A stretch of DNA of 64,000 nucleotides from Cyanophora paradoxa CCMP329 (lineage: Eukaryota; Plantae; Glaucophyta), in assembly GCA_004431415.1 (NCBI GenBank), contig QPMI01000050.1, positions 1-64,000 on the forward strand. The letters are read 5' to 3'. Position 1 is the stretch's first letter. Each line of letters starts with the position of its first letter. The position numbers and the translations under genes are program-made. A model generated the notes under the pieces. It had not been told where the DNA came from, did no database searches, and saw only the letters and a list, made by a program, of their open reading frames with translations. Shown one piece after another: positions 33,663 through 47,239 of this stretch.

Positions 33663-36009
33663 CTACGACGTCATTCGGCTGTTGACGGCGTGGAGGGCGT
33701 GCAGCAGCGCCGCCTCGCGTCGGGCCTGCGCCGCCAGGAGGATGACGTGGACCTTCTCCTTAGCCGGCATCTCGTAGCCGAAGTTGACGAAGTCGTGCCG
33801 CGAGAGGTTCTCGGGCAGCGTCACCGCCTTCTTCACGTAACGCTTCAGCGCCCGGTTCAGAATCACGTTCACCTGAGCGGAGCGAACGGATCAAATTGCG
33901 ATTCAAAAATCTGAAAAAAAGGAATGAGAAAGTGGACCTGGTGGTAGTCGAAGTCGTCGTTGGAGTGGCCCATGATGAGGTGGACGTAGTACCAGACGGC
34001 GCTGCGGAAGGGCCGCGTGTCCACGTCCGGCGCGCACGCGAAGCTGTTGTCCGTGCTCTCCAGCGTCACCTTGAACTCGCGGTCCAGCAGCGGCGCCACG
34101 CCCGGGTAGAAGCGGTTCACCATCGCGTACCCGTGCGCCGCCCAGCAGAGCTCGGTGCTCCGGAGGCCCTTGTACTCGTTCGAGCGCACGTTGAAGTCCG
34201 AGTGCTGCATGCGGTACGGCCCGATGTAGCGCGAGCAGTCGAAGTGCGGGCGGTCGGACGAGGGCGGCTCCGACGGTGGCGTGCTCGTCCCGGCTGCGAC
34301 CGGGTCAGCGGAGAGCCAAGCGGACGCGCCGAGCTTAGATGAACGCACCGCCGCCGACGCGCGAGGCCTTCTCGAGGAGCGTGATCTTGTCGTCCGAGGA
34401 GCGCGTCCACGCGTCCTTGCCCAGCTTCAGCAGCCGGATGGCCTCGGCCGTGTCCACCTCCTCGCCGCCCCCGTCCGCGGGCGCCGCCGCCCCCGCCAAC
34501 GGAGTCGCCGGCGTCGCCGGGGTCGCGGGGGCGGACCGGTGGCGCGGGCTCGAGCCGGCCGGGCGCGGGCTCCCCTCGCCTCCGCTGCCGCCGCCGCCGT
34601 GTGTCGGCGAAGACGGCTCGTTCGGGTCCTCCTCGTCCGCCGCGCAGAGGTCGGCCTCGGGAAGGAGCCCGCTGCCGTGCACGAAGCCGCAGAGCGAGTG
34701 GAAGGTCGACATGAGCACGATGGCGTGCATCAGCTCCGCGATGGACCAGGCGTCGGCCCCGCGGACGAGCGCCTCCACGTGCTGCTTATTCATGCGCCAC
34801 GGCTGGTGCGCCATCAGCATGTTGAGCTCCAGGATATTCTGGATTTTGCGCGGCGCCTGGTCCGCCCCCTGCAGCCAGAGCGCATCGCCGCCGGCCGCGA
34901 GGAATTCCGCCTCCTGTCGCCTCACGAAGTACTCGCACCGGTGGCGCGCAGATGCCTGCCGGACGGCGGGCGGGTCAGCGCGCCGGCCGGACGGGGCGGG
35001 ATGCGGGCGCGCGCGGCACAGAAAAGAGTGCCGACCAAAACAGCGATGTAGTGCCTCCAGGTGACCGGGAGCGGGCCGGGGCCGCGCATCACGTAACTGA
35101 ACGTGGCGTTGAAAGCTTCGTAGATGGGCGGCAAGTAGGCCATGACGCGCTCGAAGTGAGAAACGAGCCCGGTCTGAGGGCCGCTTGCGTCAGGACCCCC
35201 GCGCGCAGGCCCGGAAAACCGGAGACCGACCTCATTGAATGTCTTCTCGAAGATGGACTGAGCGACGTCGCCACGCGCGTCGATGGGGATGACCTCGGAA
35301 TGAGGAATGTAACGCGAGACGCTTTCGCGAGGCGCCGGCAGAGGCAAGTCCAGCTCCTGCGCAGGCATCCGCATCAGAGACAAAAGAAACATTCAGATAG
35401 CAGTGGCACGCACATCGCGCGCGAAGTCCAGGATCGCCGTGCAAGACTCGCGTATGTCCTGGTAGGGGGCTTCGACAGCGAGCCGCATGATGACGGGCAG
35501 ATGGACGAGCAGAAGTGGCCGCTTGCGCGTCGCCGGCGTCAGCTTGTGCACAGGCACGACTGCGCGTGGTCAGAAGAGGCAGGGTAAGCCGGACCGCGAT
35601 CACGCACTCTTATCTTCGCAGGAGCGGATGGAATCAAGCTGCTCCAACGACTTGGTCTTGATGAACGAGACCAGCTGCTGGAGAACGCGTGCCCGCATCC
35701 CGTCGTCCGGGGTCAGAGCCTGCTTCAGAAGTTGCTGGAGCGCATCCACGGCGGGCGCAGCGGAGGCTGCAGATGGCGCGCCGCCAACTCCTACTCCAAG
35801 GACGGCGCGCGGGCCGGCAGCTGCGCACGGACACGCGCAACCGCGCGGGCAGAGATCAGATTCTCCTCATCAATCTTGCAAGAGGGGACCAGAATCTCGG
35901 GCGCACCGGAGCTGATCCCAACGCCGTACATTGCCCTGCTTCCTTGCCCAGCGACTCCCACGACTCCAGCGCCCACAACTCCACCGCCCGCGCCGACAAT
36001 CCCCAGCAT
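33663..36009 (-). CDS. SESN: Sestrin (multi-exon host gene; start approximate)
   Basis: GPGPLPVTWRHYIA, LMAHQPW, WSIAELMHAIVLMSTFHSLCGFV, VDTRPFRSAVWYY and C-terminal EKVHVILLAAQARREAALLHAL. Short GT-AG introns. Confidence 0.9.
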
Positions 36010-36712
36010 GTCCCCTACTTGCGCTCGGGAATTCCTTCACTCTAAGCCTACGATGCTATTAACCCGGCGGCATGGCTGCAGCTCCGGTCACGCCGCCATG
36101 GCTCACGGCGCGTGACTAAGGAGCGGATGATTACACAGGGGGAGGAGCGGTTCGGCGCAGCGGGCAGGGGCAAAGCGCTCTACGACACTGCTGATGAGAA
36201 CTAAAGCTGCGCGCCTTGGGCCGATGGGCCGCTTGATGCAGAGCCTTTGTCTTGCGGGGTACAACGCAAAGTCAGCAAAGTCGGAATACCCCATCCAGGA
36301 AGGCAAAGCAGACTTCTCAGGAGGACCACGGTCGAGAAGTGCGAGACACAATCAGCACGATGGTGCGTGAGAGCGGGGTTGTGAGCGCCTGCCCTCCTCC
36401 GACTCGCACTTTCTAGTTGCCCCTGTGGCTTTCCTTTAGCAAGCACATACTATCGACGAGCCTCGTGCTCTTATGACCCGCAGACGAGCCCCGCGACCTC
36501 TTCAGCAGCGAGCCGGAATAGCTTCGGCCCGCGCGCTTAGAGGGACAGACAGGCTATGCGACATCTCGTTGTTATACTTGTCGGCGGCTGTTAGGCGGCC
36601 GCGGGCAACCTAGACCAGAGCCGTGGGTGGTCCCTTCAGCAGACAGCTCGCGTTGCCGTGGCAGGCTTTGGCCTGTGCCTGGTTCTGACGCCTTTCGCAG
36701 TTTCACAACTAC

Positions 36713-37862
36713 ATGAGTCCCCAGCGAATCAGAGAAATCGTGTCAAGGTATCAGCCGCCGAAGCCGCGGAACCCGGAGGACACAGAGAGGACGAGCAGCA
36801 GGAGCCACGGGGAGATGAAGAAGGACGTCGGGACCGTGCGCGACGGCCGCGCGGGGCAGTGGACGGGCACGGAGGCGATGCCGCCGCCCAGCCGGGGCGG
36901 GACGTGGCACGGGAGGAAGGAATTCATCAAGTGCGCCCCGCGTTTCCCTCCGGCCTCCGTGCGCGGCCGACACTTTCCTCCGCAGGCGCGAGGACCGCAG
37001 CCGGCTGGACGGTCAGCGCGGGGCCGCCGCGATCGCTTCCGCCCACCCCGCCCTTGCCCCCGCCTGACACACGGCGGGGCGCAGAGCTCGTGGGGATGCG
37101 CGGCGCGCCGACGCCAGTACCCGAGGAGATCATCGCGGGGATCCAGCGCCGGAACGCGCGGAGGCTTCAGGAGTCGGAGGACGGCGCGTCCCGCGGGGCC
37201 GGCCTCGACAGCCGCAGCCCGTCGCCCCCGCCCGACGCCTACTCGCCATCCCTGTCCCCGTCTCCGCCTCCGGGGTACGAGGTTCCGTGGGAGGTGCCCT
37301 CGCGCCTGGGGGGTAGCCGGAGCATGGGCTCGCTCCCCCGCCCCTCCTCCTCCGGCGGGCTCCCGGGTATGGCATCCTCCCGCCGCCTGGGAGAGCTCGC
37401 GCGGCCGCGTACCCCCCCGATGTTCCACGTGGGGCCTACGCCCTTCCCCAGCGACGTGGAGATCAAGCTCGGGCGCACCGGCAACCGCCTGCCCACCGCC
37501 CCCTCGCCCTACCTCTCCGCTCCCTCCCCGTACCCCTCGGCCCCGTCTCCGTACCCCTCGGCCCCATCGCCGTACCCCTCGTCCCCCTCGCCGGTGCCGT
37601 CGCTCTCGGCCTCGCTCTCGGCCTCGTCGCTGCACAGCAAGACCTCGCCGCTGCGCCCCAGTCGCTACCATACCGCCCCGTACAGCTACATGGTCACGCA
37701 CAACCAGTGCCTCGGCGTGGCGCGCCCGCAGCCCTTTCTAGTACCCCCATCTTCTTGTTCCCCGTGCTGATCTGCTCGCGCTGTACCCAGGACCGCTACC
37801 TGGGGGCCTACCGCGTCACGGGCCCGCGCCAACAGCTGCGCAAGACGCCCATGATCTTCTAG
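36713..37862 (+). CDS. Hypothetical Pro/Ser-rich host protein (multi-exon)
   Basis: Exon-like frames, a 21-bp SAPSPYP repeat at about 37490-37590, and gtacccc..cag introns. Confidence 0.5.
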
Positions 37863-38002
37863 GCGACCGCGCACCTCTCGGGCTGGCGCCCCCCGGCGCG
37901 GCGCTCGCCCCATTCGGCTATCAATCAGTTTCACAAGGAACCCGCGCAGACTGCCCTAGCTAGCTAGCCCTGTACTTGCTAAAAAATGCATCTACCCCCC
38001 TA

Positions 38003-38982
38003 CTTACTCCTCGCGGTCCCCGCCGGTGGTGTCCCCCTTGGAGGAGGCCGGCGGGTCGCTCTCGCGCTCGCCATCAGGGACGAGCTCGGGGTCGGCGGCG
38101 GCGAGGCGCGCCGCCTCCTCCGCCTCGAAGTTCTTCTTCGCCTGCTCGATGTCCTTCTCGATGCGGATCTGCCGCTTCGCCTGGTCCTCCGCTTCGCGCT
38201 TCTTCCATTGTTTCTGCGCGCCGCGCGCCGCCGCGCGTAATTATAAGCTTCGATGCGGGGCGTCGGCCCGGCGACACCAAAGCGTTCGCCGCGGCGCACC
38301 GTGTAGACGAGCTTGGGGCCGCGCATGCAGCAGGAGGGCTTGCAGAGGACAGTGAAGAGCGCCGTGCCGGCGTCATGGATGCCCCCGAGGGACTGCACCT
38401 CCTTGAAGGGCGGGGCGCGGCAGCCCAAGTTGCGGTGGCTGTGCATCGTCGACTGGTAGTCCGTCCAGCCCCCGATGACGCACTGGCACGTCTCGTCGAA
38501 GCCTACCCCCGACACGTTTAGATTCGTGTACCTGCCGCGGCGTCAGCGTGCTTCACGCGCGACGCCGCCGCCGCCGCCCGTGCATTGTGCCGGCGACCCC
38601 TATGCGACCCGCGCGTACGCAGTCTCCCGCGCGCGTTGCGCGGGCGCGCGAACGAGGCGCACCCGTCGGGGTCGATGAAGCGCGGCACGATGTCGTTGAT
38701 TTGGTGCTGCATCCACTTGCGGCGATCGCCGGACTCGTCCCAGAAGTGCTCCTCCTCGCAGACGCACCGCTCCGAGTGCCCGTACTTCGCGTTGAACATC
38801 ACCTCGCGGTGGTGCCTGCGCGGGCGTCGGCGCCCAGCGCAGCCGAAGCCGCGTAGAGATCGCACCAGCGGGCGACCAGCATCACGTAGAGAGCGTAGTA
38901 GGCGAGAGGCGCGATGGCGCAACAGAAGCTGATCTGCCGCAGCGTCGCCATCTTGCTGCTTCTCGAAGTTCGCACTGGCCAC
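38003..38982 (-). CDS. Hypothetical host protein (multi-exon; start uncertain)
   Basis: Codon-biased exon segments (MFNAKYGHSERCVCEE.., GFDETCQCVIGGWTDY.., KQWKKREAEDQAK..). Confidence 0.5.
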
Positions 38983-39298
38983 CTGCTTTTGAAACAGCTG
39001 TCAGAGACGAGGGATGCGATGAGATGGTGCGAGATTTAGGCGAGCGGCGGCGGGCCGGCGGTGGGTTCGGGCCGGCAGTTTGGGCGCTCGGCGGCCCAGG
39101 ACTTAGGGAGCGCTGTTGCAGCGTGCGTTCTTGCGAACGGTACGCTTTCGAGTGGCGGGCGGCCGGAGCTGCGCGCACCTAGCCTGGCCCGACTGCTTGA
39201 ATGGCGCAAGCGGTACCCCGGAAAGCGGCGCTCCCCTCTTATGCAGGGCCGCTAGCGCTGCACGAGCTCGCTTAGCAGCTTCAAGTGATCGAGCGGCG

Positions 39299-40576
39299 AT
39301 GCCGCTCGTCATGCTCACCGGCCCGCCGTGCTCGGGGAAGTCGCGGCGGGCGGCTGAGCTCGTCAAGGCGTTCACGGAGGCCGGCGCCTCGGTGCAGCTC
39401 GTGAACGAGGAGTCGCTGCTGATCGACCGCACGGTTACCTACCGCGGTACGCGCCGCGGGGCACTCGCGCTCGCTGGCTCGTACGGGTGAAGCTCATCGG
39501 GCGCTCAGACTCCGAGGGCGAGAAGCACGCGCGGGGCCAGATCCGCGCGGCTGTCGAGAAGTATCTGAACAGGACGAATGTCGTCGTGGTGGACTCGCTC
39601 AACTACATCAAGGGCTTCCGCTACCAGCTCTTCTGCCTCGCTCGCGAGCATGAGACGCCCTCCTGCACGGTGCGCTGGCCGCACGGCTTCCGGCGCGCAG
39701 CGACCGCTTCCGAGGCTCACGTGCGGGGCTCGAAGCTGTTCTGCGACGTGGCAGAGGATGTGGCGCGCCAGTGGAACGAGATGCGCGAGGACGGCGCCAA
39801 ATACACCGATGAAGCGTGCGCGGCGCGCGGCGCGCGGCGCGGGGGCCCGTTTCCATCGGGCGCTCACGTTCCGCGCAGGATCGACGGGCTGTACATGCGC
39901 TACGAGCAGCCGGATGCGCGGAACAAGTGGGACGCACCGCTCTTCGTCGTGGCGCCCGGCGACCCGACGCCCTGCGCCGAGATCGTGGAGGCCGCGCTGC
40001 GCGGGAAGGCGGTTCGCTCCCTCCTCGCCACCAAGCCGGTGCCCTCCCTCCCGCTCGGGCTTCCCGCGCCGCTCAATCCGCGCCGCGACGCCGCGCAGGT
40101 GGTCATTCCCGACTCGAACTTCCTCCACGAGCTGGACAAGGCCACGCAGGCCCGCCCGCCCGCCCGACCGCCCGCCCGCATGGCGCCCGCCGCTCACTGT
40201 GCCGCGCAGGAGATCGTCGACGCGCTGAACGAGGCGCAGCAGAGCGGCGCGGCCGGCCCCGGGGACCTCGTCCCCGTACCCCGCACCTCGGCGAGGATAT
40301 CCTTTGGCCCGCACGCGCCCCTTCCGCACCTCTCTGCCGCCCCGCGCCGCCCTTGACGCCGGAGGGGGAACGTTCGCCTGGCGCGGCGGCTCCCGGTGCT
40401 GGAGCTCCGGCGCCTCCGCTCCGCCTTCCTCAAGATCGCGCAGGCGCGCCCCTTGTGCCCGCGCCGCGGCCCCGGCCTCTACTCGCCAGCTGACCGGGCC
40501 GCAGCTGAAGCCGCCCTCGGACATGGCCCTGCTGGGCTCCCTCTTCGTCGAGTACCTCAACACGCACGCCGACTAG
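39299..40576 (+). CDS. KTI12: KTI12 Elongator-associated ATPase
   Basis: MPLVMLTGPPCSGKS, DSLNYIKGFRYQLFC, RYEQPDARNKWDAPLF, NFLHELDKATQ, FVEYLN. Confidence 0.93.
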
Positions 40577-41186
40577 CCGGCGCGCCCGGCCCGGCCCGGC
40601 CCGGAGGCGGCGGCGGCGGCCGCGGCGCCAGGATTGCAACAGGAGGCGGAGAGCGGCAGGCAGGAGGCAGCCAGCGTCCCGGCCCGGGCGCCTGGTCCGA
40701 GCTAGTGCAGACCCTGGCCATGGCGCTCGCGTACCTCGGCCTTGCGCGAGCCCTCCGGTGCCCGGCCGGCGAGCCTGGAGCCGTCGATGTTGCACCGTGG
40801 CGTCCCAGCCGTATACGTGCACCGGCCGCTTCCCGGAGTCCAAGAGGACATTGATTCGGCCCGGCTGCACAGGCTCATCGACTCGATCACGTGCACGGCG
40901 CCGGCGATCCAGTACGCCCCGAGTGCACCAGCAACCGTCGTTGGCACCGGCGCAGATTCGATCGATCTGTGTTGTTTGTATGTCATGATCACTTCAGTGT
41001 ACCATACTTAGCATACGGCACCATAATCTGCATAGACTACTACCGGTACTGTTGGCAGTTCTAGAAAAAGCGGATCCAAAAAAAAGCTCGAAAAAGCAAC
41101 TGGTAACAACAAGCTCGGGCGAGGCAGGCCTAGGGGGGGCAGGAGGGGAGGGGGGAGGAGCCGGATGGGGGGGGGGTACGGTACTA

Positions 41187-42387
41187 CTACGCGTCCTCGC
41201 GGATGACGCCGAGGGCGGAGGGGTTGGAGAAGGGGCGGCGGGGCCCGCCCGCAGCGGCAGCGGCGGCGGCGTCCGCGGGGGCGACGCGGGATCGCCCGTG
41301 GAGAAGAGAGGCCAGCGAGTCCTTGAAGCGCCCCAGGAGGGAGCGCTCCTCCCCCCCCTTGAGGCTCGAGGCGGACGAGGAGGCCCGGGAGGAGGCTCGC
41401 CGCGGGGAGGCGCCCCCCACCGCTACGCCGCGGCCGTGCGCGTGCAGGCGCGGGTCGGCGACGGCGGCGGGGGCGGACTGGCGGCGGCCGGAGAGGAGGC
41501 GGAAAGAGAGCATGCGGGTGACGATGGCGCCGACGCTGGCGCGCTTCCTCAGCGGGCGGTGCGGGAAGCGGTACGGGTCGTCCTCGGGGTCCCTTTCCAG
41601 CGCAGCAGAGGGCGGCGCCCGCGCCGAGGCGGGGCCGCTCCGGGCCGAGTCCAGGGCATTCTTGCCTGCCTCGTCGAGGCCGACGGCCGAGCTCCGCCGC
41701 ACGCCCAGCCGCTGGAACGCAGAGACGAGGATGCCGCGCTTCAGCGCCGGCCCGGCGCCCGTATGCTTCACCTCTCTGCGCGCGCCGCTCAGGAGGGCGC
41801 GGGGTTCCAAACGGCGCCCGGACCGGCGCACCTCCTCTCCACGCGAGCGCCGCAGCGCTTGAGCTTGGAGCGCACGCCCGTTCTCGTGAGCGTCTTCGAC
41901 TCCAGCTTCGACGGGCAGACGGCGGCGTAGACGCTGCAGAGGACGCGGTTGGCGCCCTCCCCTTCGAACTCCTCGTTCGCCGTGTACTGCCCCGTGACAA
42001 ACTCGTATCCGCACTTCCCGCAGGTGAACTGCCTTTGAGCCTTGACCACTCGCTCCTCGAGCGCCTGCCGGTCCAAGATTAGGCGGGTTGACGTCCAGGC
42101 AGAGCGCAGGGCGCAAGTGCAGGTAAGAGCGCATAGCGCACCTGCAGATCGAAGGGAATTCCGGCTCGTGGTGCCTCTTGTGCGACTGATGCGGACGCCT
42201 GGCTGGCGTCTCTCGAACTCGCATCGCCGGACTCTCTCTCGCTGTTGCTGATGGTGTACACCTCGTCTTTGAGTTGCCTGTGTGTTGCAGCGGGTTCTAA
42301 CGCCAAGGGGCTCACGCGCGCCGGAGAGGGAGCGACATTTTCGGGTCTAGGGCTGGGCGCCGGCTGTCCGCCCCCGTGCCGGCTCAT
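41187..42387 (-). CDS. Hypothetical host protein with CxxC zinc-ribbon-like segment
   Basis: Three exon-like frames; FTCGKCGYEF..LC. Confidence 0.5.
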
Positions 42388-42675
42388 CGAGAAGACTATC
42401 TACTGTACTCCGCAGGCGCTATAGGCGCTCTGCTGTTCCGCTGTTCCGCCCTCGCGTCAAGCAATGCTTCTTTAGTCTGACGGGACAAGCTGGAAGGGCG
42501 AGATTCTCTGGGATTGGCGGCGGTGGGAAAGCGCCAATGCCGTTGTGTTGATTCAGCTAGCTCCTGGAGCCGTGCTGCGCGCGCTCGCGACCTCTTATCA
42601 GCTTCCGAGCGAGCGACACCTCACTATGCGCGTACCCCGCCAGGCTGGCAGTCGAAAAGGGGAAGCGCGGCTCGA

Positions 42676-45039
42676 ATGAAGCGCTCGCTCGATCCTTTCG
42701 CGTTCGATGATGACGATGAAGATGATAGCCCGCGCTTGCCCCGGCGCCTTTCCCCGTCGCCTCCAGCTGCAGCTCCCGCGCCGGCTGCCATCCCGCCTCC
42801 AGCTGCAGCTTCCGCGCCAGCTCCAGCACCCGCGGGTCTTCAGCCGGCTGCATCCGCGCAGGAGGATGCGTCCGCTCGCGCAGATGAGCCCGCGGAATTC
42901 GAAGCCAAGGACCACCGCGGCCTCATTGGCGATGGGAGCACGCGGCTGAGCTGGGTCGATCCATGCAGCGATCAATATATCCAACTTGCGCGTCGCGCGC
43001 CCGGTCCTGGCATGGCCGAGCGGGTCTCGCTTGTCCCTGCCCTCATTCGCGCGTATCGACTGGACCGCCATTTTCGGTGCGTACGTGTGCTCATGTGCGA
43101 TATAAGCGCTCGTAGCTTACATCCGCGCCCGTGCAGCGTCCTGAACGACCCCCGGATGGCCTCGAGCTCGGATTTGAAGAGGTGCGCGAACTTGCGACCG
43201 GGGGAGCGGTCTGGGAGCTCAGAGAGCAGTCAGGTTCCACAGCGTGCAGTACGTGGACGCGCTTCGGCGGGGCGCGAACGGAAGCGCCCGCGCGGATGAC
43301 GAGGCGAGCCTCAACACACTGACAGACGACACGCCGCTGTTTCCAAAGCGCGCCGCCGCCGCCGCGTTCTTTCAGCGGCGCCGAGCTGAGGCGCCGCAGC
43401 CTGTGGCTGTACGTGCTGGCGCAGTGCGGGGCCACGCTGGCGGCGGCGGAGCAGCTCATCGCCGAGTCGCTGGCGACGGACGGCGCGCGCCGCGCAGTGG
43501 CGGTCTGCTGGGAGGGCGGGCGGCACCACGCGCGGCGGGACGGCGCGGCGGGGTTCTGCTACGCGAACGACGTCGTCCTCGGAATCATGTCCCTCCTAGA
43601 TCGCTTTGAGCGCGTCCTGGTGCGCCTTTCCGCCCGCTGGTCGCGGGCTCAGCGTACCCCGCTCAGCCTTCCTTCCGCCGCAGTATATCGACATCGACAT
43701 CCACCACGGGGACGGTACGGGTTCTTCCTTCCCTCCTTCGCCTCCGCTGGCCCACGACCGTACCCGCAGGGGTCGAGCGGGCCTTCCAGTGCTCGGACAA
43801 GGTCTACCCCCCTATCGCCACCCCCCCGCGGCCCGCCTCGTTGGCGTCGCGCTGAGGGTCGCCCGCCGCCGCGCCTCAGGTGATGACGCTCTCAATCCAC
43901 AAGCGCGCCTCGGGATTCTACCCAGGTACCGTACCCCCCGCCGAGGACGGGGCCGCTCAGGTGAAACCGCTCCCCTCAGGAACGGGCGACGTCACCGACG
44001 TGGGCACCGGTGCGCCCGCGCCGCGGCCGCCCCTCCACTCGCGCCCCGCTCACAGTTCGAGGCAGGGCCCGGCAAGTACTTCGGTGCGGGCGCCGCCTCG
44101 GCCCCGGCCCCGGCCCCAGCCCCGGCCCGCCGCCCTCGCCGCTGAGCCAAGGGCGCCGGGCAGCGGTGAACGTTCCCCTGCGGGACGGCTGCGGCGACGC
44201 GCGCTACTGCGACGTGTTCGAGCGGGTCGCGGAGGCGGCGCGGGCCGCCTTCCGCCCCTCCGCCGTCGTCCTTCAGTGGTTCGTACCCCCCGCGCTTCCT
44301 CCATTCAATCCCTCAGGCCCGAATCTCAACCTTTCGCCGCAGCGGAGCGGATGGGCTTGCGGGGGACCCCATAGGCGCCGGCTTCAGCCTGACGCCGGCG
44401 GTGCGGGCCCGGAGCCTGCCCGACGCCGCCCGCCGCCGCCCGGCGCGCGTTGCGGCCTGAGCTCGGCCCTCACCTGTACCCCCTCGCAGGCCTACGTCGC
44501 CTGCGTGCGGCGGGTCGTCTCGTGGAACCTCCCGACCCTCGTGCTCGGCGGCGGGGGGTACAACGCGCCGAACGCGGCCCGCTGCTGGGCGCAGGTGATG
44601 GCCGACCTCGCCGGAGTCGAACTCGCGGATCGAATCCCGGAGCACGACTTCTTCGATTCCTACGGGCCTGACTTCCTCCTTCGCGCGCCGCCGAGTCAGC
44701 GAAACTCATGTACCTCCGCATCGCCCCCCCCTCGCCTAAGCGTGCGGCGTGGCAGGGGTACGGCCCGACCTGAACGACGAGGGGTACGTCTCGTCCGTCG
44801 TGGGCGCGGCGCTGGAGGGCGTCGCGCGGGCGGGGCAGCAGCTGTGGGGGCCGGACGCCCCCTGCCCCCCGGGCCTGGCGGGTCCGCCGCCGCCCGAGCC
44901 GCGGGCCCTCGCCTCGCCCGTCCCGGCGGCCGACCTCGAGGCCCTTGGCGACCGCTCCGACACCCCCTCCCTGCCCCTTGATCCCCTCCCGCCCCCGCCC
45001 CCGCCCCCGCCCCCCGTCTCCTTCGGCCCCCCTCCGTGA
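42676..45039 (+). CDS. Class I histone deacetylase (HDAC8-like)
   Basis: WEGGRHHA..GFCYAND, YIDIDIHHGDG, LSIHK, VNVPLRDG, GADGLAGDP, LGGGGYN; many short introns. Confidence 0.92.
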
Positions 45040-45094
45040 CTTCGTGAAACCTTATCTCAGATGAGCGTTAGCTAGCTAGAGAAAGCTCTCCGAA

Positions 45095-47036
45095 TCAGAT
45101 GTTGAGCATGAGGAACTCGTGGGCGATGGTGCGCATCTCGGGGTCGCTCTTGTGGGGCAGCATGCGCCCCAGGCCCGCCAGCTTCTCGCCCGGGCCCTGC
45201 CCTGCGGGAGCCTTCATCATGACCCGCACGACCTCGCCCTCCTCCTCCTTGGCGGCCGCCGCCTGCCCCTCCCCCTTCCCGGCCTCGCCCGCCGCCCCCG
45301 CCGGCGCATCCTCGGGCTCGGGCTTTGGCTCCCCGAGCTCAGCCGCTGCAATCGCCTCCTCCTCGTCGCTGTTCGCCGCCTCGCGCTCCGCTTCTTCCCC
45401 CGCTCCGTCCGCCGGGGCGTCCTCGGGCTCCAGGGCCGGCAGCGGCTCCGGGCTGGGCAGCGTCGCCGGGTCCGGGAACGCGAGGTCGGTCCCGAACCAG
45501 GCCGGCTCCTCCTTTCCCGTGACGTTGCTGAACTTGATGTCCAGCTTCATTCCCTTCCTCCAGAGCCGAACTTGCGCCTCGTTCAGGTGGACGGCGCGGA
45601 AGAAGCGGAAGGGGGCCTCGGGGAGGTGAAGGGCGAAGTCCGTGCTGTTGAGGGCCTCGCCCTGGACCGCCTCGCTGAGGTGGAAGCCGTGCGAGAGCAC
45701 GCGCTGCAGGGAGGCCAGCGTCCCGCCCGTCCCCAGCAGCCGTCCCATGTCCCGGGCCTGTTCGAGGTTCGAGGTTCGAGTTCTTCCAGGGGGAGGGGGG
45801 CGGGGCGGGGGGCGAAAATCGGCGCGCACGATGGAGCGGATGTATGTGCCCGGGCCGCACGTGACCGTGACGTCGACCTCGGGGTACTCCCCCTCGCGGA
45901 AGGCGTCGATGCGGAGGTGGTAGACGAGGACGTCACGCGGGGGAAGCTCCGGCAGCTCCTTCCCCGCCCTCGCGAGCTTGTAGAGCCGCTGCCCGTTCAC
46001 GCTGATGGCGCTGTACGCCGGCGGGATCTGCTTCAGGTGGCCCACGAAGCGGGGTACGACCTCCTCGACCGCCGCGCGCGTCACGTGCGGGCACGGCTTC
46101 TCCTTCACCACCTTTCCGTCCAGGTCGTCCGTGTCCGTCACCACGCCTGCGCAGGGCGTACCCCTGGCTCGGACGGGAAACGGGGGTACGGCAGGATAGG
46201 GGACGGCGAGTGGGTACCGAAGCGGATGGTGGCGCGGTACGCCTTCTCGGAGGGGAGGAAGCTGCGGGGGGGTCAGGGGGCGTCTCCGGCGGGGCCGGGC
46301 CGGGCGGGGTAGCGCACCGCAGCATTTTCGTCGCGCGGCCCACGGCGAGCGGAAGCACTCCCGTCGCCGCGGGGTCGAGCGTGCCGCCGTGGCCGACCTA
46401 AGAGAGCAGCGTCACCGATTAGATTAGATCCCGATTAGATCGAGGCGCGCTGCCGCACCGCCTTCGTGCCGAGCATGCGGCGAACGAGCGAAACGCAATC
46501 GTGCGATGTCATGCCCTTCGGCTTGTCGAGATTCACGAAGCTGCGGCGCGAGGGCGTGAGGGGCACTCGCGATCAGGCGGGGCGGGCTGCCGCACCCCAT
46601 CTCTGTCTCGCCGAGCTTCGGCCTGCGCACGCAGACACGGGATCAGGGCCTTCGCGTCGCCCTGCAGCGCTGGGAGGCGTAGCTAAGCCGCGCACCGGAC
46701 CGGCTGCATCCCGAACAAGGCCTCCGCGGCCTCCGACTTCGGGGCGCGCTCCTTGCCCTTGCCGCCGCCGCCGCCACCGCGTCCGCGACCGCCGCGACCC
46801 CGCCCCCGCTTGCCACCGCTGCCCTCGCCGTCATGAAAGCGGCGCTTCTTGACGCCCTCCTCGCCCTCGCCGCCCATCTCCGATCGCGTCGTGAACAGCG
46901 ATCGCCTGAAAGCGCTCTCGCGCGTTTGCGCGACGCCGAAGGACTGCCAGAGGGGCCGACAGCTAGATTCCGAGAGGAACCGAAGTGCGGAGGAGGAGCG
47001 CCCGAGGATGCAGGGTGCGCTCAGCCAGGCGAGCAT
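45095..47036 (-). CDS. truB: tRNA pseudouridine-55 synthase, bacterial type, with N-terminal extension
   Basis: [53 protein letters not shown]. Confidence 0.92.
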
Positions 47037-47239
47037 ACGAGTGAGCTCGCTCACGCTAGTTGAGCTAGCCGTCAGCTGGGGTCCCGTCCTCGGCTTCCAG
47101 GCCGCTTGCTGTAAGGGGGGTATAGCCAAACCTTCGCTGTGGTCCGAAATACAAACGGTTGAGTCAGCCACCTCAGTAGGCGTCGGCCACCTCAGCAGGA
47201 GCTCGGGCCAGCTAGCTACAGCAGCCAGCGGCGTTCATC

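Noticed and set aside
40702-41011. Small gene between KTI12 and the 41187 gene
   Set aside because: Short overlapping ORFs occur on both strands with no recognisable motif, so none can be supported.
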